A stretch of 64,000 nt of DNA, taken from NCBI GenBank assembly GCA_965242965.1, contig OZ251518.1:1984001-2048000 (forward strand), given 5' to 3'. The stretch is from Candidatus Poribacteria bacterium (lineage in GTDB: Bacteria; Poribacteria; WGA-4E; WGA-3G). Position numbers and translations under genes: made by a program. The notes under the pieces were generated by a model, which saw only the letters and a list, made by a program, of their open reading frames with translations, did no database searches and had not been told where the DNA came from. Positions 1-10,522 of this stretch are shown in pieces; position 1 is the stretch's first letter; every line of letters begins with the position of its first letter.

Positions 1-1
1 A

Positions 2-658
2 ACGCTCGCGGGGGACAGGCCCCCGCGCTACGGTAGAAGATGGCTCTCTCGCCATGCAACGCTCGCGGGGGACAGGCCCCCGCGCTACGGTATGCAAGGC
101 CGCCGCCGTGCCCAGGCTATTCTAAAAACCACTTGGATCCTCATCCCCATACTCATCTTCGCTTGGTATGTCAACGAAGTCCATCAACCTCTCGCCGGTT
201 TTCAAGAGAAATGGCACCGATTACGTCAAAACCCGTTCAATCAGCGCGTTGCATCGGAGGAATTAGCGCGCGCCGGACGCGTTGACATCCCCGATGAACA
301 GGCAGCGCAGATTCAAAAAGTCGTCGCTTATATCCACGAACATACCGCGCCGAACGAAAAAATCTTTGACTTTACGAGTCAAGGCGCGTATTACTTCTTC
401 GCGAACAGACCGAGTGTCACCCGATTTCATCAGGTATCTTACGCCTCAACGCCCGCGATGCAGCGCGAGGTTGTCGATGCACTGACACGTGATAAAACGC
501 GACTCGTGCTCTTCAAAACCGGCGGTTGGTTTGATGCCGTTGATGGCATTCCGGTTGAAGAACGTCACCCGATCATCGCGAAATATCTGCAGGAAAACTA
601 TACGCTTGCCGTTGACATTAACGGGACACACATTTTATGGAGAACCCCCGGTCTCTAA
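2..658 (+). CDS. 3' part of a membrane-anchored protein (possibly the C-terminus of a glycosyltransferase-like membrane protein); open off the left edge
   Basis: Frame of ORF 92..658 has no stop back to position 2; hydrophobic segment TWILIPILIFAW followed by a soluble domain; first 90 nt are two REP hairpins. Confidence 0.6.
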   Translation, partial: TLAGDRPPRYGRRWLSRHATLAGDRPPRYGMQGRRRAQAILKTTWILIPILIFAWYVNEVHQPLAGFQEKWHRLRQNPFNQRVASEELARAGRVDIPDEQAAQIQKVVAYIHEHTAPNEKIFDFTSQGAYYFFANRPSVTRFHQVSYASTPAMQREVVDALTRDKTRLVLFKTGGWFDAVDGIPVEERHPIIAKYLQENYTLAVDINGTHILWRTPGL

Positions 659-665
659 ATTTTGC

Positions 666-695
666 TTGCAATGCAATGCCAAAATATGCTATATT
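666..695 (+). promoter_or_regulatory. sigma70-like promoter, probably for a leaderless mRNA
   Basis: TTGCAA-18-TATATT with extended TG, 7 nt before ATG 703. Confidence 0.5.
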
Positions 696-702
696 AAAAA
701 CT

Positions 703-3700
703 ATGCCAACGCTCAACCTCAAACCAACGCATAAGGCGATAACTGCCTATTACGCCGCCCTTGAGCGGTATCAACAACTCGGTGTCTCCCACGAAACCGC
801 CGTGCGCGCCGCTTTTCAGGCACTTTTGGAGGCATGCGCGCGACAACGGCATTGGACGCTGGTTTGTGAATATACGTTAAACATCGGTAGGAGAGACCTC
901 CCGGTCTCGACAGGTTCGGTATCGGGACAAGGATGTCCCTCCTACCCAGACACCGGTAGGAGAGACCTCCCGGTCTCGATGCATTCGCGGGGGACAGGCC
1001 CCCGCGCTACGGGGCACAACAACACGATTCGTCTTGACGGTGCCCTACTTGACGCATACAGTCTCCCGCGCGGCACTTGGGAAGCAAAAGGCGTTCACGG
1101 AAACCTCCGCGCCGAAATTGAGAAGAAATTCGACGCGGGATATCCACAGGACAACATCCTCTTCCAAACGCCGGAACGCGCGATTTTGTATCAAAACGGC
1201 AGAGAAGTAATGGACGCGGACATCACCGAACCGGCTCCCCTCGTCGCTGTCCTCAAGGCATTCTTCGGCTATGAGCGCGCACACGCCGCCGAGTGGGAAG
1301 CCGCTGTCACCGCCTTCAGGGCCCTCGTCCCCGAACTGAAACGGGAAGCCAAGGCACTCATTCAGACGCGCCACCGCGAGAGTGCGCGCTTCCGCAACGC
1401 TTTCGCCGATTTCCATCAACTCTGCCAAAACGCTATTCACCCCGCACTCGCCGAAACCGCCGTGGAAGAGATGCTGCTCCAGCACCTCTTAACAGAACGC
1501 ACGTTTCGCACCGTCTTTGATAATCCTGACTTCGCACAGCGCAACATCATCGCTCGCGAAATAGAGAAGGTTATCAACGCGCTCATTGAGAATGCGTATA
1601 GCCGCGATGCATTCCTCGAAAACCTGAAGCCGTTCTATCGGGAAATCGAACGTGAAGCAGCCACCCTCGTCGATTTCTCACAAAAACAGCACTTCCTGAA
1701 TACCGTCTACGAACAGTTTTTTCAAGGGGATTCCGCCGATGTTGCCGATACGCACGGTATCGTTTATACGCCGCAACCCATCGTCGATTTCATGGTGAAG
1801 AGCGTCCAGCATCTCCTCAAAACCGAGTTCGACCGTTCCCTCTCCGATGAAGGCGTTCACATCATCGATGCGTTTGTCGGCACAGGGAACTTCATCGTCC
1901 GCCTGATGCGCGAGATAGAACCACTCAAACTCAACGCCAAATACCGTTCAGAATTGTGGTGCAACGAAGTGCTCCTCTTGCCTTACTACATCGCTAGCCT
2001 CAACATCGAACACGAATTTTACGAATCCACCGGTGAATATCTCCCCTTTGAAGGCATCTCCCTCGTGGATACGTTTGAATTAGCGGAGGACCGGCAGTTA
2101 TCCCTTTTAACGCAGGAGAACACGGCGCGCGTCGAAAAACAGAAGGCATCGCCGATGTTCGTCGTCATCGGCAATCCACCGTATAACGTCGGGCAGGCGA
2201 ATGAGCATGATCAGAATCAAAACCGAAAGTATGCGGCGTTGGATAAACTCATCCAAGAGACATACGCGAAGGACTCGTTAGCGACGAACAAAAAATCGCT
2301 CTATGATCTCTACGTGAAGGCACTCAAATGGGCATCGGAACGCATCGGCGGGGAGGGTATCGTCGCGCTTGTCACGAACAACAGCTTCCTCGATGCGAAG
2401 GCATTTGACGGCATGCGCAAACATCTCGCCCAAGATTTCGACCGGCTCTATATCGTAGACCTTGGCGGCAATGCCCGAAAAGACACCCTCGTCTCCGATG
2501 CCAGCGTCTTCGGCATCCAAGTCGGCGTGAGTATCAATTTCTTCGTCAAAGGGCCGTCTTCCACCGTAGCGCGGGGGCATGAAACGGAGGCGGCCTCGCA
2601 TACCGTAGCGCGGGGGCCTGTCCCCCGCGATCGTTCCATCGACGATAACGCCCACATCTTCTATTACCGAACCGACGACACCTGGAACAAAAACCAAAAA
2701 TTCGACTTCCTCGCGCAAACCGAACACATCGGCAACGTCCCATGGCAAACCCTGCAACCCGACACGCGCCACACCTGGCTCACCGAAGGACTCAACACCG
2801 AATTTTTGACGTTCATCCCGATGGGCACCAAAACCGCCAGACGCGCCAAAGGCAACGTTGAAGATGTCATTTTCCAACTCTATAGCAACGGCGTGAACAC
2901 CACTCGCGATGCGTGGACTTGCAACTTTAACCGAAACATTCTCGCTGAAAACATGCAAGTGATGCATGATTTCTACAATTCGCAGTTGCGCGAATGGAAC
3001 GGCACCGAAGACAAATCCAGGCTCACGGTCGATGATTTTGTCACCTATGCGGATACAAAAATCAAATGGACAATGGATTTGAGGGCAAAGTTGAGGCGCG
3101 GGCGCGTCGCTGAATACGATGAGAGCAAAATTCGGCACTCGCTTTACCGGCCCTTCACCAAAACGCATCTCTACTTCGACCGGCACTTCAATGACAGGGT
3201 GTATCGGTTTCCTTTTATCTTTCCCACGAGAGAGACAGAAGCGGAAAATCGGGTGATTTGCGTGAGTCAATCCAATAGGCAAGATTTCGCGGTGCTAGCA
3301 TCCAAATTCATCCCGAACAGTGCGCTTTACATAGAGCCGCTGCAGGCTTTTCCCTTCTACGCCTACGACGAAGACGGCACGAATCGCCGAGAAAACATCA
3401 CCGATTGGGCGTTGCAAAACTTCCGCGCGCATTACGGCGACGATACCATCACCAAATGGGAGATTTTCCATTATACTTATGGGCTTCTGCATCATCCTGC
3501 GTATCGCGAACGTTACGCCGCCGATCTCAAGCGCGACTTGCCGCATATCCCTTATGTTGAAGACTTCTGGGCATTTGCGAATGCCGGCGCGCAACTCGCA
3601 GAACTGCATGTCAATTATGAATCACAACCGCAATATGAATTGACATCTATCACGAAGGAACGCGCGCTCGATTTGCGCGTGGAACGGATGAAGTTATCCA

Positions 3701-3969
3701 AAGACCGGACATCGCTCATCTACAATGAATCCCTGACGTTAGAGGGCATTCCGCCGGAGGTTTTTGAGTATCGGTTGGGTAAACGTTCGGCATTAGAGTG
3801 GGTGCTGGATCAGTACCGGGTCAAAACAGACGATCGGAGTCAAATCACCAACTCCCCGAACGATGCGGAGTCCCCGCAGGGAATTGTAGATCTCATCGGT
3901 TCGGTAATTACGGTAAGTTTAGAAACGCAGGCGATTGTGTCGGGGTTGCCCCCATTCCCGTTCCCGTAG
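703..3969 (+). CDS. Type ISP-like restriction-modification enzyme (nuclease, N6-adenine MTase, target recognition domain; no helicase domain)
   Basis: IRLDG...WEAK PD-(D/E)XK-like motif, GIVYTPQPIVDFMV, motif I DAFVGTGNF, motif IV GNPPY, C-terminal YRPFTK...LPHIP...Y.LG.RSALEWV typical of the LlaBIII-type C-terminal domain; start moved to 703. Confidence 0.85.
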   Translation: MPTLNLKPTHKAITAYYAALERYQQLGVSHETAVRAAFQALLEACARQRHWTLVCEYTLNIGRRDLPVSTGSVSGQGCPSYPDTGRRDLPVSMHSRGTGPRATGHNNTIRLDGALLDAYSLPRGTWEAKGVHGNLRAEIEKKFDAGYPQDNILFQTPERAILYQNGREVMDADITEPAPLVAVLKAFFGYERAHAAEWEAAVTAFRALVPELKREAKALIQTRHRESARFRNAFADFHQLCQNAIHPALAETAVEEMLLQHLLTERTFRTVFDNPDFAQRNIIAREIEKVINALIENAYSRDAFLENLKPFYREIEREAATLVDFSQKQHFLNTVYEQFFQGDSADVADTHGIVYTPQPIVDFMVKSVQHLLKTEFDRSLSDEGVHIIDAFVGTGNFIVRLMREIEPLKLNAKYRSELWCNEVLLLPYYIASLNIEHEFYESTGEYLPFEGISLVDTFELAEDRQLSLLTQENTARVEKQKASPMFVVIGNPPYNVGQANEHDQNQNRKYAALDKLIQETYAKDSLATNKKSLYDLYVKALKWASERIGGEGIVALVTNNSFLDAKAFDGMRKHLAQDFDRLYIVDLGGNARKDTLVSDASVFGIQVGVSINFFVKGPSSTVARGHETEAASHTVARGPVPRDRSIDDNAHIFYYRTDDTWNKNQKFDFLAQTEHIGNVPWQTLQPDTRHTWLTEGLNTEFLTFIPMGTKTARRAKGNVEDVIFQLYSNGVNTTRDAWTCNFNRNILAENMQVMHDFYNSQLREWNGTEDKSRLTVDDFVTYADTKIKWTMDLRAKLRRGRVAEYDESKIRHSLYRPFTKTHLYFDRHFNDRVYRFPFIFPTRETEAENRVICVSQSNRQDFAVLASKFIPNSALYIEPLQAFPFYAYDEDGTNRRENITDWALQNFRAHYGDDTITKWEIFHYTYGLLHHPAYRERYAADLKRDLPHIPYVEDFWAFANAGAQLAELHVNYESQPQYELTSITKERALDLRVERMKLSKDRTSLIYNESLTLEGIPPEVFEYRLGKRSALEWVLDQYRVKTDDRSQITNSPNDAESPQGIVDLIGSVITVSLETQAIVSGLPPFPFP
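886..1011. repeat. In-frame cluster of four REP-like hairpins inside the R-M gene
   Basis: GTAGGAGAGACCTCCCGGTCTCGA x2, inverted GTAGGAGGGACATCCTTGTCCCGAT, inverted GTAGCGCGGGGGCCTGTCCCCCGCGA. Confidence 0.9.
2563..2635. repeat. In-frame REP-like hairpins inside the R-M gene
   Basis: Truncated and full GTAGCGCGGGGGCCTGTCCCCCGCGA, translated TVARG...TVARGPVPRDRS. Confidence 0.9.
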
Positions 3970-4760
3970 GAGAGACCTCCCGGTCTCGATTTCTTCGGGT
4001 AGGCGAAACCGATATTTGCGATCAGGCGATCGCAAACTACAGAAAGGATGGGTAGGAGCACTCCCGGTCTCGATTTTTCGTATCGGGACAAGGATGTCCC
4101 TCCTAGAAAAAACGTGTCTTAGGTCCTTTAGGACCTTAATGTCTATAGCACTCGTCGCCGTGAAGAGATTTAAGGTCCTTTAGGTCCTTAATAAATTTTG
4201 ACGCACCCCGTGTTTTCCATATTAAGGTCCTAAAGGACCTTGACAACGAGACGACACGGGTTTCTATAGACATTCAGGTCCTAAAGGACCTAAAGAGGGC
4301 ATCGTGATGATGGAGCTCGCGGGGGAAACCCGCTCGGATGCGCGTGTGGCATCCGAGGGCCCCGCGCTACGGGGGGGAAAAAAACGGTTCTTGCAAGGAA
4401 CGATCGCGGGGGACAGGCCCCCGCGCTACGGTTGTCGAGGCCGTCTCCCTTCATCGTAGGGCGAGGGCCTGTCCCTCGCCATCGTTCGCGCTATCAAAAA
4501 CCGTCTTTAAGGTCCTTTAGGTCCTTAATGTCTATAGCAGCCGATATGCAAAAGGCTTTAAGGTCCTTTAGGTCCTTAATGTGTTTTGACATGCCGCGTG
4601 TTTTTATTAAGGTCCTACGGACCTTGACAACGTAACGATACGTTTTTCTATAGACATTCAGGTCCTAAAGGACCTAAAGAGGGCATCGTGATGAGCATCC
4701 GCGCTACGGTGAAAATCGAGACCGGGAGGTCTCTCCTACCGGCGCATCGAGACCTGGCGC
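3966..4760. repeat. Intergenic mosaic of REP-like palindromes
   Basis: GTAG hairpins plus two AGGTCCTTTAGG(A/T)CCTTAATGTCTATAG...CTATAGACATTCAGGTCCTAAAGGACCT units between convergent genes. Confidence 0.9.
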
Positions 4761-4780
4761 GCGCGGACCTATCCCTCTCC

Positions 4781-6202
4781 TCAAACCTCCACGCGCACGA
4801 AGGCAAGATACGCACCCAACATCAACACCATAAAAAACAGCACCAATAACAGCAAATCCATCGCCGCCGTGTTGAAATCGCGACGGAGACTGAGCGTATC
4901 CTCAAAGCGCGGAATCGCCCCAGGTTCTACCTTTTTCTGAGACATGCCGGTTGGAACGCCGATGACATGCAAACTCTCCCTGTCACCCCGGTCTTCCTCA
5001 ATAACGAATTCTCGGAATTGACGGGCGTGGGCTCGGACGTTTTCCAAGAAGTGCAGGTGTCTCTCAAACCCGGTCCCGGCGAACGTCTCCATGAGATGTT
5101 GGACAATCGCTACCGGTGAGATGCGGGTGATGTTCCGCGCGCCTTGCACCTGCGCGATTTGCTCGGCAAGGCGTTCCTGATTCAAGCGTTCCTGTTGCAG
5201 GGCATCTTTCATCACGTATTCTCCCTGCGCCTGCATTTCGGGGGACAACTCCGTGTGTTTTTCGTATTTGAACCCGCGGCCGTATTGATTCTTAAACCGA
5301 TCTTCAAGTGCCTCGTCCAGTTGGCTTCGGCGTTCCCGAAATTCCGCGCTAGACATCGGCGATGAAAACCCACCCGCAATAGCGGCAAGCGTGTTCGGCA
5401 TAAACACGACGAAGGTTACCCACGTCAAGAGCAGAATCACGAGGCTCACCGCGCTGCGCTGCACGCGCGCGGAAACCAGCAACCCTAATGCGAGAAAAAG
5501 GCAGATATAGAGCATCGTGATGAGGCAGATAATGCCTAAACGTTCCCACTCTCCTGCGTTGAGTTGGACACTGCTGTCCGTGGAAATCACTAACAAGTTC
5601 ATCAATCCGGCAACCGCAAAGGGGATGAGGACGCTGATTAAGGCACCGAAGAACTTGCCGAGTAGCACGATGTGGCGCGGGATGGCATTTGCGAGTATCA
5701 AGCGCAATGTCCCACTTTCGCGTTCCCCGGCGATGGCATCAAACGTGAACAGCAGTGCGATCAGACTCAACACATAGCCGATGATAAATCCCCAATCCAC
5801 TTTGGTAACCTCCGGGCGGATATTACCCAAGTTCGGTTGGAGAGAGGGGTAGTTCAGCCGCCAAAAACTTTTCAGCGTGTCGTTTGACCACCAGTTTATT
5901 GCGCGGACAACATCGGGTAGAAAAGCCTCGCCGCCTTCTGCACAGAATTGGAGAGACGACGGCTTTTTATGAAAGTCCCCCGGTCCTTTTCGTGCGAGGA
6001 CGTAGAGGTTGTCCGCCCGCGCCGTTAACGTGTTCCGTGCGTTGGTGACAGCGTCGTGATACTGCTGAATCTGCTTGGGATGCTCGCGGAGATAGACGAT
6101 GGCATTGGTGAGCATCAATGCGAGGAGTAGCAGGGTTGTCAACCCGAATCGGAGGCTATTGAGGTTTTCGTAAAGTTCGCGTTTTGCGATGTGCCAAATC
6201 AT
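4781..6202 (-). CDS. ABC-2 type transporter permease
   Basis: 473 aa, IWHIAKREL start, FDAIAGERESGTLRLILAN motif, multiple TM segments. Confidence 0.85.
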   Translation of the reverse strand: MIWHIAKRELYENLNSLRFGLTTLLLLALMLTNAIVYLREHPKQIQQYHDAVTNARNTLTARADNLYVLARKGPGDFHKKPSSLQFCAEGGEAFLPDVVRAINWWSNDTLKSFWRLNYPSLQPNLGNIRPEVTKVDWGFIIGYVLSLIALLFTFDAIAGERESGTLRLILANAIPRHIVLLGKFFGALISVLIPFAVAGLMNLLVISTDSSVQLNAGEWERLGIICLITMLYICLFLALGLLVSARVQRSAVSLVILLLTWVTFVVFMPNTLAAIAGGFSSPMSSAEFRERRSQLDEALEDRFKNQYGRGFKYEKHTELSPEMQAQGEYVMKDALQQERLNQERLAEQIAQVQGARNITRISPVAIVQHLMETFAGTGFERHLHFLENVRAHARQFREFVIEEDRGDRESLHVIGVPTGMSQKKVEPGAIPRFEDTLSLRRDFNTAAMDLLLLVLFFMVLMLGAYLAFVRVEV

Positions 6203-6252
6203 TTTTTTTGTGTTACCTCAATGCGGGTATTTCATAAGTCGATGCCTTCCCC

Positions 6253-7021
6253 GTAGGAGAGACCTCCCGGTCTCGATGCCTTCCGGGTCGGCGCGCCTAC
6301 CGGGGCCGCGGCGGCAGAAAGCCCCCTGTCACCGTAGGGCGAGGGCCTGTCCCTCGCCATCGTTCATGCAAGAAAAAACGTCTCTTCAGGTCCGTAGGAC
6401 CTGAATGTCTATAGCACGCGCTGCCCTGAAGAGATTTAAGGTCCTTTAGGTCCTTAATAGCTTTTGCCGGGTCCGCGTGTTTTTTATTAAGGACCTAAAG
6501 GACCTTGACAACGTAACAACACGTTTTTCTATAGACATTTAGGTCCTAAAGGACCTAAGACGATGCATAGAAAAAACGCCACCCTTTACCGTAGGGCGAG
6601 GGCCTGTCCCTCGCCATCATTCATGCAAGAAAAAACGTCTCTTCAGGTCCGTAGGACCTGAATGTCTATAGCACGCGGCGACGCGAAGAGATTTAAGGTC
6701 CTTTAGGTCCTTAATGTGTTTTGATGCGCCGCGCGTGTTTTATTAAGGACCTAAAGGACCTTGACAACGTAACAACACGTTTTTCTATAGACATTTAGGT
6801 CCTAAAGGACCTAAGACGATGCATAGAAAAAACGCCACCCTTTACCGTAGGGCGAGGGCCTGTCCCTCGCCATCGTTCATGCAAGAAAAAACGTCTCTTC
6901 AGGTCCGTAGGACCTAGACACACATCGTAATGATGGAGATCGCGGGGGACAGGCCCCCGCGCTACGGGCCAAATAGGGCAAGATACGTTCCAAAAATCGA
7001 GACCAGGAGGTCTCTCCTACC
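6253..7021. repeat. REP mosaic containing about 2.3 tandem copies of a ~256 bp unit
   Basis: ACCGTAGGGCGAGGGCCTGTCCCTCGCCATC at 6331, 6588 and 6844, each followed by the same AGGTCC/GGACCT block. Confidence 0.9.
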
Positions 7022-7055
7022 GGGGAAAATCAAAATCGGGACGGCGCGCCCACAA

Positions 7056-8570
7056 TTACACCTCACGCCGCACGAAGACCAGAAATATCACCATGAACAA
7101 AACGAAATTGGTGAGAACCAAGAGGAAAAGATGCGGCAACGCACGCTGTGCATTCACCGCAATACCGCTTCGTTGATAAGAAAACGGCGGCAACGTGCTC
7201 CAATCCGCTTCTCCCTTATCCGAAAGAAACCACTCTCGCGACGCGTAAATCTCCGTATCGTAGAGATAAGCAACCAGTGCCTTTCTCCACTGCCGAACCG
7301 CGCCAAAAAAGTCTTGGATGCTCTCCAAATCCGTGCCAGCCCACGCTTGCGTCGCGGCATCATACATGCCGATAGGCGAAAGGTTCAACCACATCCTGTC
7401 CGTCGCCGCCTGCGAGACATAAATATCCTTGAGTGCAGCCTCGCGCACGTGCCACGTCTTCTCCGCTGTTTTTATCATCAGCGGCACGAGAAAACGGAAA
7501 TAATTTTGTGCATCCGGCACCCGCGTTTCACCCCTCGGTCCAACTTTGTCAAACTGGATACTGAGGTAGTAGGAATACCTTAAGGTGTCCCGCGAAGCAT
7601 TGAAATCCGAGATGACAGAACCTCTGCCGTATATCCCTAAATCCGGTTCCTCTCCAGGGACAAGATCATTGCGGAGGAACTTGAGACGTTCTCTATCAAA
7701 TTCCTCCCACAATTGCTCTATCTGATGAAAAGCGGCATCCCTACGAACCTCTGGTTCTCGCGACGGCTCTGTCAAGACCAGGGTGACGTTTGGATACACC
7801 AGCACCAAGAAGCCCCACGCGAACATGGCGACTATTAAAGCCGTGCTAGTGCGTTGCGTCACTGTTGAAATCAGCATCCCGATGAGGTAAAACACGGACA
7901 GATACGCGATGGATGAAAGCACGATGCCGCCGATGCGGAGAAAATCATCGGCGTTCAACGAAACGGCAGTGGAACTCGTCAACAAAATCAGCATGAGGAG
8001 CAGACTCATCACCACCGGCACCAGCAGGCAGAGCATCGCGCTGATGTATTTCGCGAGCAGGATGTTTCCGCGCCGAATGGAATTTGTCAAGACGAGGCGT
8101 AACGTCCCACGTTCATGTTCCCCTGCGATGGCATCGTAGGCGAAAATGAGTGCCATCAGACTAAGCACCACCTCGAAGATAAAAACAATGTCAATAGAAC
8201 TAAAAATGTGGAAGAGTGGATTATCTTGTCCGTGTGTGCCAGCGTCCCAGAGGGTTGGCACCAAATCGTAAGAAAACCATATCTTGTTTCCCAGCCGTTT
8301 ATCCAAACCGACATTGAAAATGCTCAACGGGTTCGGCGGTCTGTCGAGAAGGAGGACTTCAGCGAGCCCTGCCATATAACTCTTTTTTTTCCACAATAGT
8401 TGCTGATGTGTTTTAACAGCGGTGTTGTAGTCGGTTAATCGCCGTTCGTAATCCTTGCTCAGCACCGCCGTATTCGCGACGACGAGGAGCAGCATGATGA
8501 AGAGTGCCGCGGCGAATCGGAATGTCATGAGGTTATCAAGGATTTCGCGGCGGATTAGCGTTGTTAACAT
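7056..8570 (-). CDS. ABC-2 type transporter permease (paralog of 4781..6202)
   Basis: MLTTLIRREIL start at 8570 (upstream ORF extension is REP-derived); YDAIAGEHERGTLRLVLTN. Confidence 0.85.
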   Translation of the reverse strand: MLTTLIRREILDNLMTFRFAAALFIMLLLVVANTAVLSKDYERRLTDYNTAVKTHQQLLWKKKSYMAGLAEVLLLDRPPNPLSIFNVGLDKRLGNKIWFSYDLVPTLWDAGTHGQDNPLFHIFSSIDIVFIFEVVLSLMALIFAYDAIAGEHERGTLRLVLTNSIRRGNILLAKYISAMLCLLVPVVMSLLLMLILLTSSTAVSLNADDFLRIGGIVLSSIAYLSVFYLIGMLISTVTQRTSTALIVAMFAWGFLVLVYPNVTLVLTEPSREPEVRRDAAFHQIEQLWEEFDRERLKFLRNDLVPGEEPDLGIYGRGSVISDFNASRDTLRYSYYLSIQFDKVGPRGETRVPDAQNYFRFLVPLMIKTAEKTWHVREAALKDIYVSQAATDRMWLNLSPIGMYDAATQAWAGTDLESIQDFFGAVRQWRKALVAYLYDTEIYASREWFLSDKGEADWSTLPPFSYQRSGIAVNAQRALPHLFLLVLTNFVLFMVIFLVFVRREV

Positions 8571-8590
8571 CGGTTCATCCTTGTTCTCAT

Positions 8591-8947
8591 CGTAGGGCGG
8601 GGGCCTGTCCCTCATCGAGCGATCGCGGGGGACAGGCCCCCGCGCTACGGTTTGCAAGGCAGCCTCCCTTTCCCCGTAGGGCGAGGGCCTGTCCCTCGCC
8701 ATGCGTGAAGGGGAGACCTCCTCACCTCTGTAGGTCAGGAGTGCCTGCTCCTGAACCGTTCGGGAGCGGGCGCTCCCGAACTACAGAGGTGGGCCCGATG
8801 CGCCCCTGCCCTCCCTTTTCTATCGGCCGTGCCTCGCGCAACCCAACGATCGCGGGGGACAGGCCCCCGCGCTACGGTATCGGGACGGTTTCTCGGCAGC
8901 AGAACTGCCCCCCCCTCACCGTAGGGCGAGGGCCTGTCCCTCGCCAT
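8591..8947. repeat. Intergenic REP mosaic
   Basis: Five CCTGT-loop hairpins and an inverted pair of GCCN-loop hairpins (8730..8784). Confidence 0.9.
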
Positions 8948-8970
8948 GCCACGGATTAACAAACGCAACT

Positions 8971-10029
8971 CTATTCCCCCACAAAAATACGATAAATATC
9001 CTCAAACAAACGAACATCTGTCAACGTATCTTCGGCAGAAGAACGGAACGGTGCCGGACTTCGGACATTCGCAATGAAGTATTCCGCCTCCCGACGATAT
9101 GCCCATGTCCACGCAGGACGCGGAATAGGACGCGAAATCTCCTGCTCCTCACCAGCAAGATAAATCTCCACTTCGGCAGGCGTATTCTTCAGCAACAACG
9201 GTGGTGCCCACGTGTGAATCCAGCCGTTTTCAAAATAAATCTGGCTATGCTCATCCCACCGATAATGCGAAACATGTCCTGTCTCCAGAGTTACCCGAAC
9301 GCCGCCCATATTAAAAATGACAACACCGGAATACCCGTTTGCATCCAGATCTACGGCGGTAACGCTGACATCATCGCCTGCATCGAGAAACCAGCGCATG
9401 AGATTAATGTTGTGCGTATATTGCTGGAGGTATCCCAGATAGGAACCGCGATATTGCTCCGGCAGCCATTCCGGTGTGATGACAGGCGCGCTCGGCTTCG
9501 GTTCATCCGTGCCGTCCATCTGCGAGTCTAAATTGCAAACCCAGTCGCCGCCAAACCCGTGATTTCGGGCGTATGTCAACCTGCCGAGTTCACCTGATTC
9601 GCGGAATTCCATCACCTTCGCTTTGACAATCTCGTTGCCGGCATCGTAACGCTTCATGTAACCTACCATCAACTTTTTGCCGGAGGTGCGCGATGCCTCG
9701 ACGATGGCTTCCGCTTGCGCGATGGAGACAGCCATCGGTTTCTCCATGAAAACGTGCTTGCCCGCGAGAAGCAGGTCCTTCGCGATTTCGCCTTGGAGCG
9801 CGAAGTCCGCCGAGACAGCGACCGCCTCAATCTCCGCGTCCTGCGCGAGTGCCCCGTGGTCTTCGTAAAGTTGGGGGATGCCGAACCGCTTTTGCACTGT
9901 CGCGCCGAGTTCGGAACGCACTTCGGCGAGTGCGATTAACTCGCAGTCGGCGATGCTAGCAAAGTTCGGGATATGCACCTTCTGTGCCATGAATCCACAC
10001 CCAATATAACCGAGTCGGATTTTTTCCAT
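8971..10029 (-). CDS. Gfo/Idh/MocA family oxidoreductase
   Basis: IRLGYIGCG Rossmann motif, GKHVFMEKP, VGYMKRY; GAGG RBS before ATG 10029. Confidence 0.9.
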   Translation of the reverse strand: MEKIRLGYIGCGFMAQKVHIPNFASIADCELIALAEVRSELGATVQKRFGIPQLYEDHGALAQDAEIEAVAVSADFALQGEIAKDLLLAGKHVFMEKPMAVSIAQAEAIVEASRTSGKKLMVGYMKRYDAGNEIVKAKVMEFRESGELGRLTYARNHGFGGDWVCNLDSQMDGTDEPKPSAPVITPEWLPEQYRGSYLGYLQQYTHNINLMRWFLDAGDDVSVTAVDLDANGYSGVVIFNMGGVRVTLETGHVSHYRWDEHSQIYFENGWIHTWAPPLLLKNTPAEVEIYLAGEEQEISRPIPRPAWTWAYRREAEYFIANVRSPAPFRSSAEDTLTDVRLFEDIYRIFVGE

Positions 10030-10045
10030 GCGATTTTCCTCAAAA

Positions 10046-10522
10046 TTACTTGTGCCGCGATTCAATTCGCGCGACAGCGTCCTTCGCGCCTTCGCGCACC
10101 AAGGTGGATACGTCGTATTGCGAGAGGTATCTCAGTTTGTCAAATCCTTCGGAACCATTCACTTCAATTTTGCCGAGGGCGACGGCGACGAAATAACGGA
10201 CATCCGCGTCCTCATCGTCTAGCGCGTCCAGCAGTGCCTCGATATCCATTTGCGTGGCCAGGTCGCGTTCGTCATCGCCGATGTTAATCAAGGCTTGCGC
10301 GGCGATGCGCCGTGAATGAATGTCGCCGTAGCGTAGCGATGCGAGTAGCCCACTCGTCGCCGTCGTGGGGAGCACCGTGAGATTATCCCAATCGCAATCG
10401 TGGCAGAACCATGAATCTTCGGCGAGATTCTGGACGTTCACACTGCCGCAAGAGGGGCATTCCTCAAATACCGTTTCACCGATAGGCGGGATGCGTAACC
10501 CCGCTTTTTGTTTCTGACTCAT
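10046..10522 (-). CDS. Zinc-ribbon + HEAT-repeat protein
   Basis: CPSC...CHDC, then ALLDALDDEDADVRYFVAVALGKI HEAT/PBS-lyase repeats; ATGA overlap with upstream gene. Confidence 0.75.
   Translation of the reverse strand: MSQKQKAGLRIPPIGETVFEECPSCGSVNVQNLAEDSWFCHDCDWDNLTVLPTTATSGLLASLRYGDIHSRRIAAQALINIGDDERDLATQMDIEALLDALDDEDADVRYFVAVALGKIEVNGSEGFDKLRYLSQYDVSTLVREGAKDAVARIESRHK

Noticed and set aside
2278-3282. Long antisense ORFs (also 12079..12894, 49352..50221, 55552..56430)
   Set aside because: Shadow frames of well-supported genes on the opposite strand
8571-8702. N-terminal extension of the ABC permease ORF
   Set aside because: REP-derived; the paralog-like start MLTTLIRRE at 8570 has an RBS-like AAGGA
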